In this document: positions 8,790 through 16,757 of the stretch, piece after piece
Layout: every line of letters begins with the position of its first letter
Position numbering within the stretch: the first letter of the stretch is position 1
Notes under the pieces: generated by a model
Told to the model about the DNA's origin: nothing
Databases searched by the model: none
What the model saw: the letters and a program-made list of their open reading frames with translations, nothing else
Assembly: GCA_028286685.1 (NCBI GenBank)
Contig: JAQBRA010000006.1
Location: 1,993 to 65,992, forward strand
DNA length: 64,000 bases
From: Candidatus Adlerbacteria bacterium
GTDB lineage: Bacteria; Patescibacteriota; Minisyncoccia; Phycocordibacterales; SBAW01
Reading direction: 5' to 3'
Program-made: the position numbers and the translations under genes

Positions 8790-9236
8790 GCGCTTTACTA
8801 TTGGATTGCGGGCTTCGTGACATTGGAATTTCTAGGAGACGTATACCCCGGCTTTATCGATAACGACTTCTGCTTTGCGCTCTTAGGATGCAACGTGGGA
8901 ATCGTGGGCTACGACGGCCTGCTGCATTTCATAAGCGGCATCTGCGTCGGGTTCGGAATCCTGCTCGCGCATAAAAAAGGATACTTAAAGAAGTCCGGGG
9001 CCAGAGCCTTTTTTCTGTGGTCGCTGGGCATAGCGCTTGCGTGGGAGCTTTTGGAATGGAGCTACGACTTGGTGCGCATCTATATCTTCCACATGGATCT
9101 CTTTACCATGAACAAGCTCACCCAGCCCAACGGCATAGACACCCTCGGCGATATCATCCTGGCTCTCTTGGGCACGGCGATGGTGTTCTGGTGGGCCCGG
9201 CGCACAGCAGCTGCCCAAGTGGCAGTATCGGCATAA
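8784..9236 (+). CDS. hypothetical polytopic membrane protein
   Basis: Starts at an internal ATG (MHALYYWIAGF...) of ORF 8703..9236 and has several hydrophobic helices. No SD sequence, and it overlaps the divergent PAP2 start, so the call is uncertain. Confidence 0.3.
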   Translation: MHALYYWIAGFVTLEFLGDVYPGFIDNDFCFALLGCNVGIVGYDGLLHFISGICVGFGILLAHKKGYLKKSGARAFFLWSLGIALAWELLEWSYDLVRIYIFHMDLFTMNKLTQPNGIDTLGDIILALLGTAMVFWWARRTAAAQVAVSA

Positions 9237-9269
9237 GGAACGTATTTCCTCAGGAGTATACTTTAAAGC

Positions 9270-9848
9270 ATGGCACTCGATCAGATAATCGGCATCCTGG
9301 AGACGTCCGGGTACTTGCTCCTTTTTCCCCTGGCGGTGATGGAGGGACCTATTATTACCGTCATCTCGGGCTTTTTGGTGTCGCTCGGCATTTTTAACGT
9401 ATTTATCGCCTACTCTATTATCGTCATAGGCGACATACTGGGCGACGCATTCTGGTACCTCTTGGGCCGCCACGGCAGCGGCTGGAAGTACACCCGGCCC
9501 ATAGAGAAATTCTTCGGCCTTACGCCCGAGCGCATTGAAAGCACTCGCGAGCGGTTCCGCACGCACCGCTACAAGATGATGATGGCCTCCAAGTTTATAC
9601 ACGGCGTCGGCTCGGCCGGACTTGTGGCAGCCGGCATGGTGCGCGTGCCCTACCTAACGTTTGCCACCACCTGCCTCACCGTTACGATGATACAAGCCGC
9701 GCTCTTTTTGGCGCTGGGCTACTTCTTTGGCCAAGCGTATGGGCAAATAGGCCAGTACCTTGATTATTTCGCCGCGGCGGGGCTCGTGATAGGATGTGTC
9801 GGTATAGCCTTGGGCATCTGGTACGTACGCCGGAATAAACAATCATGA
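9270..9848 (+). CDS. DedA / VTT-domain (SNARE-associated) family membrane protein
   Basis: The N-terminus (LLLFPLAVMEGPIITVISGFL...), its size and its TM pattern are typical of the DedA family. The stop overlaps the next ATG (ATGA). Confidence 0.7.
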   Translation: MALDQIIGILETSGYLLLFPLAVMEGPIITVISGFLVSLGIFNVFIAYSIIVIGDILGDAFWYLLGRHGSGWKYTRPIEKFFGLTPERIESTRERFRTHRYKMMMASKFIHGVGSAGLVAAGMVRVPYLTFATTCLTVTMIQAALFLALGYFFGQAYGQIGQYLDYFAAAGLVIGCVGIALGIWYVRRNKQS

Positions 9849-11017
9849 GAGTACTCATAGCATCAGACACGTATCATCCGCACGTCAACGGCGCGTCCTA
9901 CTTTACCCAGCGCTTGGCCCATGCGCTTGCCGAGGCCGGCCACGAAGTAGCGGTCGTCGCCCCGGGCCCCTCGCTCTCGCCTACTTACACCATGCACGGC
10001 CGCGTGCATTTTTACGGCGTGCGCTCCTTCCCTGTCTTTATCGTGCCCAAGTTCCGCTTCGTGATGCCGCTTATAAGCGCCATAAGCCAGCGCGCCGCCT
10101 CGGCTATTCGGGAGTTTAAGCCCGATGTCGTGCACATACAGATGCATTTCCCTATCAGTCGCATGGTGCTGCGCGAGGCGGCCAGGCGGGGCATCCCGGT
10201 CGTGGCGACTAACCACTTTATGCCCGAGAACCTCACCCACTACCTGCATCTCCCGGATTTTATTACCCACCAGATTCATACTTGGGCCTGGCAGGATGCC
10301 GCGCGGGTGCTTAGCAAGACTCGCGGCGTCTCCGCCCCCACCCGCACGGCCGGCGTCATGCTCGAGCCCTGGCTAAAGGCCGAGGTGCCGGCCATATCAA
10401 ACGGCATCGACCTTAAGCGCTTTAACCCCCAAAATGATCCTGCGCCTGCAAAAGCCCAGTACGCTTTGCCCGACAAGCCCACGCTGCTTTTTGTCGGCCG
10501 GCTCGATAAGGAAAAGAACATCGACGTGGTATTGCGTGCTGCGGCGCTGGCAAAGGAGCGCGCGGACTTCCACTTTGTCGTTGCAGGCCACGGCGCCGAG
10601 CAGAACAAGCTCCAGCGCCTCGCGCGCGAGCTGGGTATCGAGGACCGGGTTACCTTTACCGGATTCGTGCCCGACGGACTACTGGCAAGTCTGTATGCGG
10701 CCGCGGACTGCTTTGTAAACGCCGGCATTGCCGAGCTCCAGTGCATCGTAGCCATGGAAGCCATGGCTACCGGGCTGCCTATTATCGGCGCCCGGGCCGT
10801 GGCGCTCCCCGAGCTTATCCACCATGAGGAAAACGGCTTCCTGTTTAAGCCGGGCGACCACAAGGAGCTCGCAGGGCGCCTGATTGAGATGTTTTCAGAC
10901 GGGGCTATGCGGGAGCGCATGGGACAAGAGAGTCTCAAGATTATCGCAGGACACGACCTAAGCCTTACGCTCGAAGCGTTCGAGGATTTTTATCGGAAAG
11001 CAATGCTGCCTGCATGA
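9845..11017 (+). CDS. GT4-family glycosyltransferase (GT-B fold, retaining)
   Basis: N-terminus MRVLIASDTYHPHVNGAS and the C-terminal EX7E-type motif region (EAMATGLPIIGARAVALPELIHHEENGFLF). Translationally coupled to the flanking genes by ATGA overlaps. Confidence 0.8.
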   Translation: MRVLIASDTYHPHVNGASYFTQRLAHALAEAGHEVAVVAPGPSLSPTYTMHGRVHFYGVRSFPVFIVPKFRFVMPLISAISQRAASAIREFKPDVVHIQMHFPISRMVLREAARRGIPVVATNHFMPENLTHYLHLPDFITHQIHTWAWQDAARVLSKTRGVSAPTRTAGVMLEPWLKAEVPAISNGIDLKRFNPQNDPAPAKAQYALPDKPTLLFVGRLDKEKNIDVVLRAAALAKERADFHFVVAGHGAEQNKLQRLARELGIEDRVTFTGFVPDGLLASLYAAADCFVNAGIAELQCIVAMEAMATGLPIIGARAVALPELIHHEENGFLFKPGDHKELAGRLIEMFSDGAMRERMGQESLKIIAGHDLSLTLEAFEDFYRKAMLPA

Positions 11018-11673
11018 GCGTAAAAAAAGAAATAGCCGGCCTCTGGAGGCGCTATTGCGAAGCATTCGGACTGCCAGGATTCAAGGTATCTGCCCTTGCG
11101 GCACTAGCCTATTTTGCAGCAGCGCTTGTTCTTAATTTTTGGGCGATCAAGCAGGCGACGACGCGGGCGGGCGAAGGGGTGTCTGACATACTGCTCTCCA
11201 ATATCCCGGTGTTCGAGGTGGACCAGTTCTTCGTCTACGGGACCTTTATCGTAGCCGCCGTCAGCGCCGGCCTTATCCTGTGGAATCCTAAGCGCATACC
11301 GTTCGCCTTCAAGACCGTGGCGCTTTTCATCCTCATCCGCTCGCTCTTTACGCTCATGACGCATCTGGGCCCGCCCGAGGCGCATTACGTGACCGAGTTC
11401 GGCGACGCGATTGCAAACTCCTTTTTCGGAGCGGACCAGTTCTTCTCGGCCCATACCGGCATGCCGTTCTTGGGCTTTTTAGGATTCTTTTCCATCGACC
11501 GCCGCGTGCGCGCCTTCTTCCTCGCCTCGTCCCTCTACTTTGCGGCAGTAGTCCTCCTGGGGCATATCCACTACACGATAGACGTCGCCTCGGCCTTTTT
11601 CATCACCTACGGCATATTCCATATCGCCCAGTGGCTGATGCCCCGCGACTGGGCGCTTTTTAAGTCGGCTTAA
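11014..11673 (+). CDS. PAP2_C / sphingomyelin-synthase-like lipid phosphotransferase (membrane)
   Basis: Polytopic membrane protein with FSAHTG (the S-x-H-T motif) and HIHYTIDVASAFFITYGIFH (the HYTxDV...Y...FxxH motif) matching the D3/D4 motifs of SMS/IPC-synthase-type PAP2 enzymes. Confidence 0.55.
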   Translation: MSVKKEIAGLWRRYCEAFGLPGFKVSALAALAYFAAALVLNFWAIKQATTRAGEGVSDILLSNIPVFEVDQFFVYGTFIVAAVSAGLILWNPKRIPFAFKTVALFILIRSLFTLMTHLGPPEAHYVTEFGDAIANSFFGADQFFSAHTGMPFLGFLGFFSIDRRVRAFFLASSLYFAAVVLLGHIHYTIDVASAFFITYGIFHIAQWLMPRDWALFKSA

Positions 11674-11799
11674 GTGCTCCTGCTTGCGTTTTAGCGTTAT
11701 TTTGTAAGGTTTTTTTGCTCTTTTATGGTAGGCTTCATGAATAGTTCAGGTTACATACCTGATACTTGAAGGGTATTAATCGTTCACAAACCCTTACGT

Positions 11800-12489
11800 A
11801 TGCACTTACTCATAGTCGAAGACGAAGAGCGCTTGGCCAAGGCTCTCAAGAAAGGCCTCGAGCTCAAGGGCTTTGCCGTAGACTGGCTCCCCGACCCGGA
11901 AAAGGCCCGGAGCCGCATACTCCTCTACCGCAACGAATACGACCTTATCATCCTCGACCTCATGCTGCCGGGACTCGATGGCGCTACCATTACCGAGTCG
12001 GTCCGCCAGGAAAATGTCACTACCCCCATTATCATCCTAACCGCGCGCAACGAGACCGAGCACAAGGTGGATCTCCTCAACAAGGGCGCCGACGACTACA
12101 TCGTCAAGCCGTTCTCATTCGAGGAGCTCCTGTCCCGCATCAACGCAGTGCTGCGCCGCCCCGCCCAAACCAAGCCCGTTACCATAAAAGTGGGGCCACT
12201 CGAGATGGATATGGCCACCCGCGTCGTGCGCAAGAGCGGCGAGGAAGTGGCGCTGACCTTAAAGGAGTTCTCGCTGCTGGAGTGCTTTATGCGCCAGCCC
12301 GGCGAAGTGCTCTCCCGCGAGAAGCTGTTTGACCACGTATGGGACTTCAATTCCCTCTCCTGGAGCAACGTGCTCGACGTACACATGAAGAACCTGCGAA
12401 AGAAGCTTGGCACCAACGAAGATGGAGACCAACTATTTGAAACAGTTAGGGGCGTGGGCTACCGCCTCCTGGGGGAAATTCGCGCATAG
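11800..12489 (+). CDS. OmpR/PhoB-family response regulator (REC + winged-helix)
   Basis: HLLIVEDEERL...DLIILDLMLPGLDG...ADDYIVKPF and a C-terminal winged helix (LTLKEFSLLECFMRQPGEVLSREKLFDHVW...VDVHMKNLRKK). Confidence 0.85.
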   Translation: MHLLIVEDEERLAKALKKGLELKGFAVDWLPDPEKARSRILLYRNEYDLIILDLMLPGLDGATITESVRQENVTTPIIILTARNETEHKVDLLNKGADDYIVKPFSFEELLSRINAVLRRPAQTKPVTIKVGPLEMDMATRVVRKSGEEVALTLKEFSLLECFMRQPGEVLSREKLFDHVWDFNSLSWSNVLDVHMKNLRKKLGTNEDGDQLFETVRGVGYRLLGEIRA

Positions 12490-13477
12490 CTATACAAGCG
12501 ACGTCTTCTTCCGCACGGCAGTCCACATCGTCGCCCTCCAGGTAGGGTTTGTACTGGTGTGCATGGGAGCCCTCCTGCTGGTGGCGACGTACGCGCAAAG
12601 CAGCATCGTGATGCTGGGACTCCTCTTCGTGGCCGCGGTTGCGGCCGCAGGGCTCCTGATACGCTTCAGCCTTAGGCCGGCCCGCGACAACCTGCGCCAC
12701 CAGAAGCTCTTCATCTCCAACGTGGCCCACGAGCTGCGCACGCCGCTTTCCATAATAAAGACTACCAGCGAGGTGGCGCTGTTTGACGAGTCGCTCGAGC
12801 CTGAAATAAAGGCCTCGTTCCAAGAAATTATCGGCGAGCTTAACCGCGTGTCCGAAATCATCAACAACCTCTTGTCCCTTAACGCGCTGGCGCGCCCGGA
12901 ACGCATGCAGTTTAAGAACCTGGACCTCATACCGCTGGCAGAATCGGTCACCGGGCGCTACCAGGCGCTGGCCCGTGAGCGCAAGATCAAGCTCCTGCTG
13001 CGCACCGAAACGGGCTCTATCGTGTGGGGCAACGCCACGGGCCTTGAGCAGGTCATGTCCAACCTGGTTAAGAACGCGCTTTCCTATACCCCGCGAGACT
13101 CCGGCGGGAGCGTGTCCGTAACCCTGCGGCCGCAGGAGGGCATGGTGCTCTTTGCGGTGGAGGACAACGGCGTCGGCATATCGCAAGAGGAGCTTTTGCA
13201 TATTTTTGAGCCGTTCTACCGCGCTGACAGCTCGCGCAACCGCAAAGGGCAGGAGGAGGGCTCGGGCCTGGGGCTTACCATAGTCAACGAGATGGTGCGC
13301 GTGCATCGCGGCAAAATACACGTGGAGAGCCGACGCAAGACGCACAAGCACCCAGGCGGCACCACGGTGTCGGTTCTGCTGCCCTTGGGCGGCGCCGCGG
13401 CGCGCGCGGCACAGGAATTGAACAAGACTTCGCTCGATTTCTCCGGGCATTCCCACAACAATATGAACGGGTCATAA
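12407..13477 (+). CDS. sensor histidine kinase (cognate of the preceding response regulator)
   Basis: Two TM helices, the H-box FISNVAHELRTPLSII, N box LVKNALSYT and G boxes DNGVGI / GSGLGL. The 5' end overlaps the regulator by 83 nt, so the true start may be an internal GTG/ATG near 12554-12563. Confidence 0.75.
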   Translation: MAPTKMETNYLKQLGAWATASWGKFAHSYTSDVFFRTAVHIVALQVGFVLVCMGALLLVATYAQSSIVMLGLLFVAAVAAAGLLIRFSLRPARDNLRHQKLFISNVAHELRTPLSIIKTTSEVALFDESLEPEIKASFQEIIGELNRVSEIINNLLSLNALARPERMQFKNLDLIPLAESVTGRYQALARERKIKLLLRTETGSIVWGNATGLEQVMSNLVKNALSYTPRDSGGSVSVTLRPQEGMVLFAVEDNGVGISQEELLHIFEPFYRADSSRNRKGQEEGSGLGLTIVNEMVRVHRGKIHVESRRKTHKHPGGTTVSVLLPLGGAAARAAQELNKTSLDFSGHSHNNMNGS

Positions 13478-13764
13478 GAGGTTCACTGCGGGTTCAGAGG
13501 ACGCGAGTACAATGGGGAGGTAAGCGGACTTCAACCAATAGGGTGCCGCATACACAAGCACGGCGCACATGAGCCGCATAGCGGCCGCCGTCACTTCGCA
13601 GACATGACAGCAGTTACAAAAAGCGTAACAGGTTAGGTCAACACCAGCATGGAAAAAGTCAGCACCTAAGCCGGAGGGCTGGGCCGCCTTACAGGCGTCC
13701 CGGCCCTCCGGCGCTGACGTGCCCGCCTTGTAATTTTTCGCTCCTATGGCAGTCTTATAGGCAT

Positions 13765-14241
13765 ATGACTAAAACCGGCTGGGCGCTTGCCCTTGTATCC
13801 CTGGGTATCGTAATTGCGGCTCTTATCCTTTTTATACTTCCGGGCAAGACTAATGCCCCGACGACCGGCACCGACCAGCCCGCCACGACTACCCCGGCCG
13901 GGAACCTGGTTGCGCAGATCCCCAACACTATAGTGGTCAGCGCTCCGTACATAAACGGCGAAGTATCCTCGCCGCTTACTATCACCGGCAGCGCTCGGGC
14001 CTGGTATTTCGAAGCCTCCTTCCCCATTGAGATCCGCAACGCATCCGGCACGATCATCGGCCAGGGTCCCGCACAGGCACAGGGCGATTGGATGACCAGC
14101 GACTTCGTGCCGTTTGTCGCCACGCTTTCTTTCCCGGCACAGCCCGCCGGCTCCCCGGGCACGATTATCCTGCGCAAGGACAATCCTTCCGGCCTGCCCC
14201 AAAACGACGAATCGCTTTCTCTCCCCGTCGTCTTCCAATAA
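13765..14241 (+). CDS. membrane-anchored Gmad2-type immunoglobulin-like domain protein
   Basis: N-terminal TM anchor, a Thr/Pro linker and a domain with ARAWYFEASFPIEIRNASG...QGDWMTSDFVPFVATLSF resembling the Gmad2 / GerMN-associated Ig-like fold. Confidence 0.5.
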   Translation: MTKTGWALALVSLGIVIAALILFILPGKTNAPTTGTDQPATTTPAGNLVAQIPNTIVVSAPYINGEVSSPLTITGSARAWYFEASFPIEIRNASGTIIGQGPAQAQGDWMTSDFVPFVATLSFPAQPAGSPGTIILRKDNPSGLPQNDESLSLPVVFQ

Positions 14242-14356
14242 GTCGGAAGGCTTCATCTAAACTTAAGGCGAAAAGAGCAATAGTAGCGTCTGGCTCCCCC
14301 AGGCGCTTTTTGCGCTACAGGTTAGCAGGGCATTTATTAGCATTTATCCAAGAGAT

Positions 14357-15877
14357 ATGAACTCATCACTTATCAGCGCAGACACTGTTTATAAAAAGAC
14401 GCTGGCAGCTTTTACGATCGCAGGCATGCTCCTGGCGTCGACTCCGGTCATGGCCGACAGCTCGATAACTGTCTCGCTCTCCTCTCCTGCATCGCAGGAG
14501 ATATCGGGAGATTTTGACATTACGGCCACCTTCTCGGCCGACGTGGTCGACTTCGACGCGAGCGACGTGCACCCTACCCTGGGGCAGATAAAGAACTTCC
14601 AGGCAATGAGCTCGAGTACGTACACCTTTACGTTCGACCCGGACGACTTGCAGTCGCCACAGGAAGTGCACGTCGATATCAGCGGCGATCGGGTGCACGA
14701 CCAAAACGGCAACACCAACCAGGCGTCCGCACAGCTCTCGCGCATGTTTATTCCGGGCGGTACCTCTACCTCGACCGGCACCACGACCGACAATGGAGGC
14801 GGCACGGGTACCACCACTCCTCCAGGCGGCACCGGGACTACCACGCCCCCGGGCGACACGGGCACTACCACCCCTCCTAACAATGGAACAAGCACTCTTC
14901 CCACAAACGGAGGAGGCAGCGCTTCCTCGACCATAGCAATAGAGATCACCAGCGGTCCCCAAGAGGGCGAGCTGGTCCACGCTACCAGCGCCATCTTTGC
15001 CTTTACCTCGACCGCCTCGACCACCGAGTGCAAGTTTGGCGACTTGGGCGGCTTCCAGAACTGCGACAGCCTGACGGCAGGCCCATACGGTCTCTACGAG
15101 GGGACGGACGTGTTCCAGATCCGCGGCACCAACCTGGACGGCGCCTCGAGCACCGTCACGCGCACCTTCATGGTCGACTTCCCGCCGGTGCTGACGCTCG
15201 GCTCTATCGCCACCTCTAGCGATGACAAGCCCGCCAGTATCACCTTCGGCTCCTCCGAGGCCGGCACTACGACGGTTGCCGGCGGCTGCTCTACGGCCTC
15301 CACCACCGTTGCAGTAGGTACCAGCACCATCGAGCTCGTCCCGACAGCTGAGCCCGGCACCCATACCTGCACGCTTACCGTAACCGACGCTTCGGGCGGC
15401 GTAAGCAACACGCTCACCATCCTGCCGGAGTTCACTATTGCAGCACCTGCATCAAACAATGAGGACGAGGAGGAGGGCCGCCGCTCTTCCGGCGGCAGCT
15501 TCCGCCGCGCTATTCCGGTAGTAGTAGTTGAGGGAGACTCGGGCTCCTCTGAACCTCTCTCCGACTTCCCTACCGTCATCACCGACACCTCTGGCGGCGT
15601 AGGCGGCGAGGGTGACAACACTTCCGGCTTCCCGGGCGCCGGGCCCGTAGTTGTGGGCGGCTCCGCGCTTGCCCCGGGCGAGGTCCTGGGCGAGGAAGTC
15701 GAGCCTGCTACGACCACCGGCACTACAGTAACCGGTACTATCGGCGCAGGCGCCGCTGCAGCAGGCAGCGCAGCCGTGGTCCCGCCGTGGGCCTGGTTTC
15801 TCCTGGCGCTCATACTCTTGGCAGCCTTGCTCTATTGGGCATACCGCCGGAGCGTAGCCTACGAGACCACTCGATAA
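14357..15877 (+). CDS. cell-surface protein: signal peptide, Ig-like beta domains, Thr/Pro/Gly repeats, C-terminal TM anchor
   Basis: Signal peptide (AAFTIAGMLLASTPVMA), repeated GTGTTTPP units, and a C-terminal hydrophobic helix plus basic tail (VVPPWAWFLLALILLAALLYWAYRRSVAYETTR). No LPxTG motif. Confidence 0.6.
   Translation: MNSSLISADTVYKKTLAAFTIAGMLLASTPVMADSSITVSLSSPASQEISGDFDITATFSADVVDFDASDVHPTLGQIKNFQAMSSSTYTFTFDPDDLQSPQEVHVDISGDRVHDQNGNTNQASAQLSRMFIPGGTSTSTGTTTDNGGGTGTTTPPGGTGTTTPPGDTGTTTPPNNGTSTLPTNGGGSASSTIAIEITSGPQEGELVHATSAIFAFTSTASTTECKFGDLGGFQNCDSLTAGPYGLYEGTDVFQIRGTNLDGASSTVTRTFMVDFPPVLTLGSIATSSDDKPASITFGSSEAGTTTVAGGCSTASTTVAVGTSTIELVPTAEPGTHTCTLTVTDASGGVSNTLTILPEFTIAAPASNNEDEEEGRRSSGGSFRRAIPVVVVEGDSGSSEPLSDFPTVITDTSGGVGGEGDNTSGFPGAGPVVVGGSALAPGEVLGEEVEPATTTGTTVTGTIGAGAAAAGSAAVVPPWAWFLLALILLAALLYWAYRRSVAYETTR
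14795..14880. repeat. in-frame 27-bp tandem repeat (x3, imperfect) encoding GTGTTTPPG units
   Basis: ggcggcacgggtaccaccactcctcca / ggcggcaccgggactaccacgcccccg / ggcgacacgggcactaccacccctcct. Confidence 0.6.
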
Positions 15878-15888
15878 CTCTCCAGAAA

Positions 15889-15920
15889 TAACAAAACCCC
15901 GCGTAAAGCGGGGTTTTGTT
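15889..15920. terminator. bidirectional rho-independent terminator
   Basis: aacaaaaccccgc-gtaa-agcggggttttgtt: the palindrome is flanked by A-run and T-run, between convergent genes (ends at 15877 + and 15931 -). Confidence 0.7.
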
Positions 15921-15930
15921 ATGCGAAGCT

Positions 15931-16452
15931 CTACAGAAGCAGATCCCTATCCTTCTCTTTGGCCTCAAGCTTGAGATTTTCCGCGCGCCAGCCTATGCCG
16001 TTGGCGATAATCTGAAGCATGGAGCCCGCTCCGGCAAGCGCCAGGAAGAAAACGACGGACCATGCCCAGGGAAAGACGAAGTAGCAGAAGGTTACCACCA
16101 GTGCGCTCCATACCCCGATGCACCACGGGCAGTTTAAGAGATCGTAGACGGTAGAGCGGAAGCCCGAAACATGCGGCTTAACCTCGACATACCAAGTGCC
16201 GTCCTTCTCGTAACTGCGGGTTTCGGCAAACAGCTCGCGGAACCAGCGAGTGATCTTATCGTAGACCACCAGGCGCGTAACGCGGAAGGCTGCAAAGGCC
16301 ATTAAGAGGGCGTCGAAGGGCGGCACAGCCACCAGGTAGCCGCCGCGCAGCTCGCGCATGCCCCAAAGCGCCGCTACGAGAACTGCTATAAAAAACAGGG
16401 AAAATATGAAGTTCCAGAAGTTCTGGTCTTCCTTGATGCGTTGTGTTGGCAT
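15931..16452 (-). CDS. DUF1360-like integral membrane protein
   Basis: 173-aa polytopic protein with the conserved NCPWCIGVW motif characteristic of the DUF1360 family. Confidence 0.45.
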   Translation of the reverse strand: MPTQRIKEDQNFWNFIFSLFFIAVLVAALWGMRELRGGYLVAVPPFDALLMAFAAFRVTRLVVYDKITRWFRELFAETRSYEKDGTWYVEVKPHVSGFRSTVYDLLNCPWCIGVWSALVVTFCYFVFPWAWSVVFFLALAGAGSMLQIIANGIGWRAENLKLEAKEKDRDLLL

Positions 16453-16757
16453 GCCAACATTCTACACCAGTCCCGCCAAGCCAAAGGCCTGCAGCGCAAC
16501 ACATTTAAAATACACAAGTCAATAGCACCTAAAACGGCCTGGTTAGGCCATATGCCGGAGTGGGAGAAAGTGCTCAAAAATAAGGCAATTTTGGGGTAAA
16601 AAAGTCCAATTTGACAACGTTTTATAAAAATATGGTTGCTTTTGCATGAATTTAGTTCTGTTCTTGGTTATACACAGGCTCATTTCATGCGACGGGGGCG
16701 ATAATGGGAGTTCTGATCCGCATTATTAGTCCCCTTACCCACTAAGCACCCCGTATT

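Noticed and set aside
12446-13456. 336-aa minus-strand ORF
   Set aside because: Antisense to the histidine kinase gene, which has clear H/N/G boxes.
14366-15813. Overlapping minus-strand ORFs of 332, 214 and 239 aa
   Set aside because: Antisense to the surface-protein gene 14357..15877; Arg/Gly-rich shadow frames.
16453-16757. NrdR box or cobalamin riboswitch upstream of nrdA
   Set aside because: No 16-bp NrdR-type palindromes and no B12-box were found. Only a weak TTGACA..TATAAA promoter-like pattern is present, and it is not convincing.
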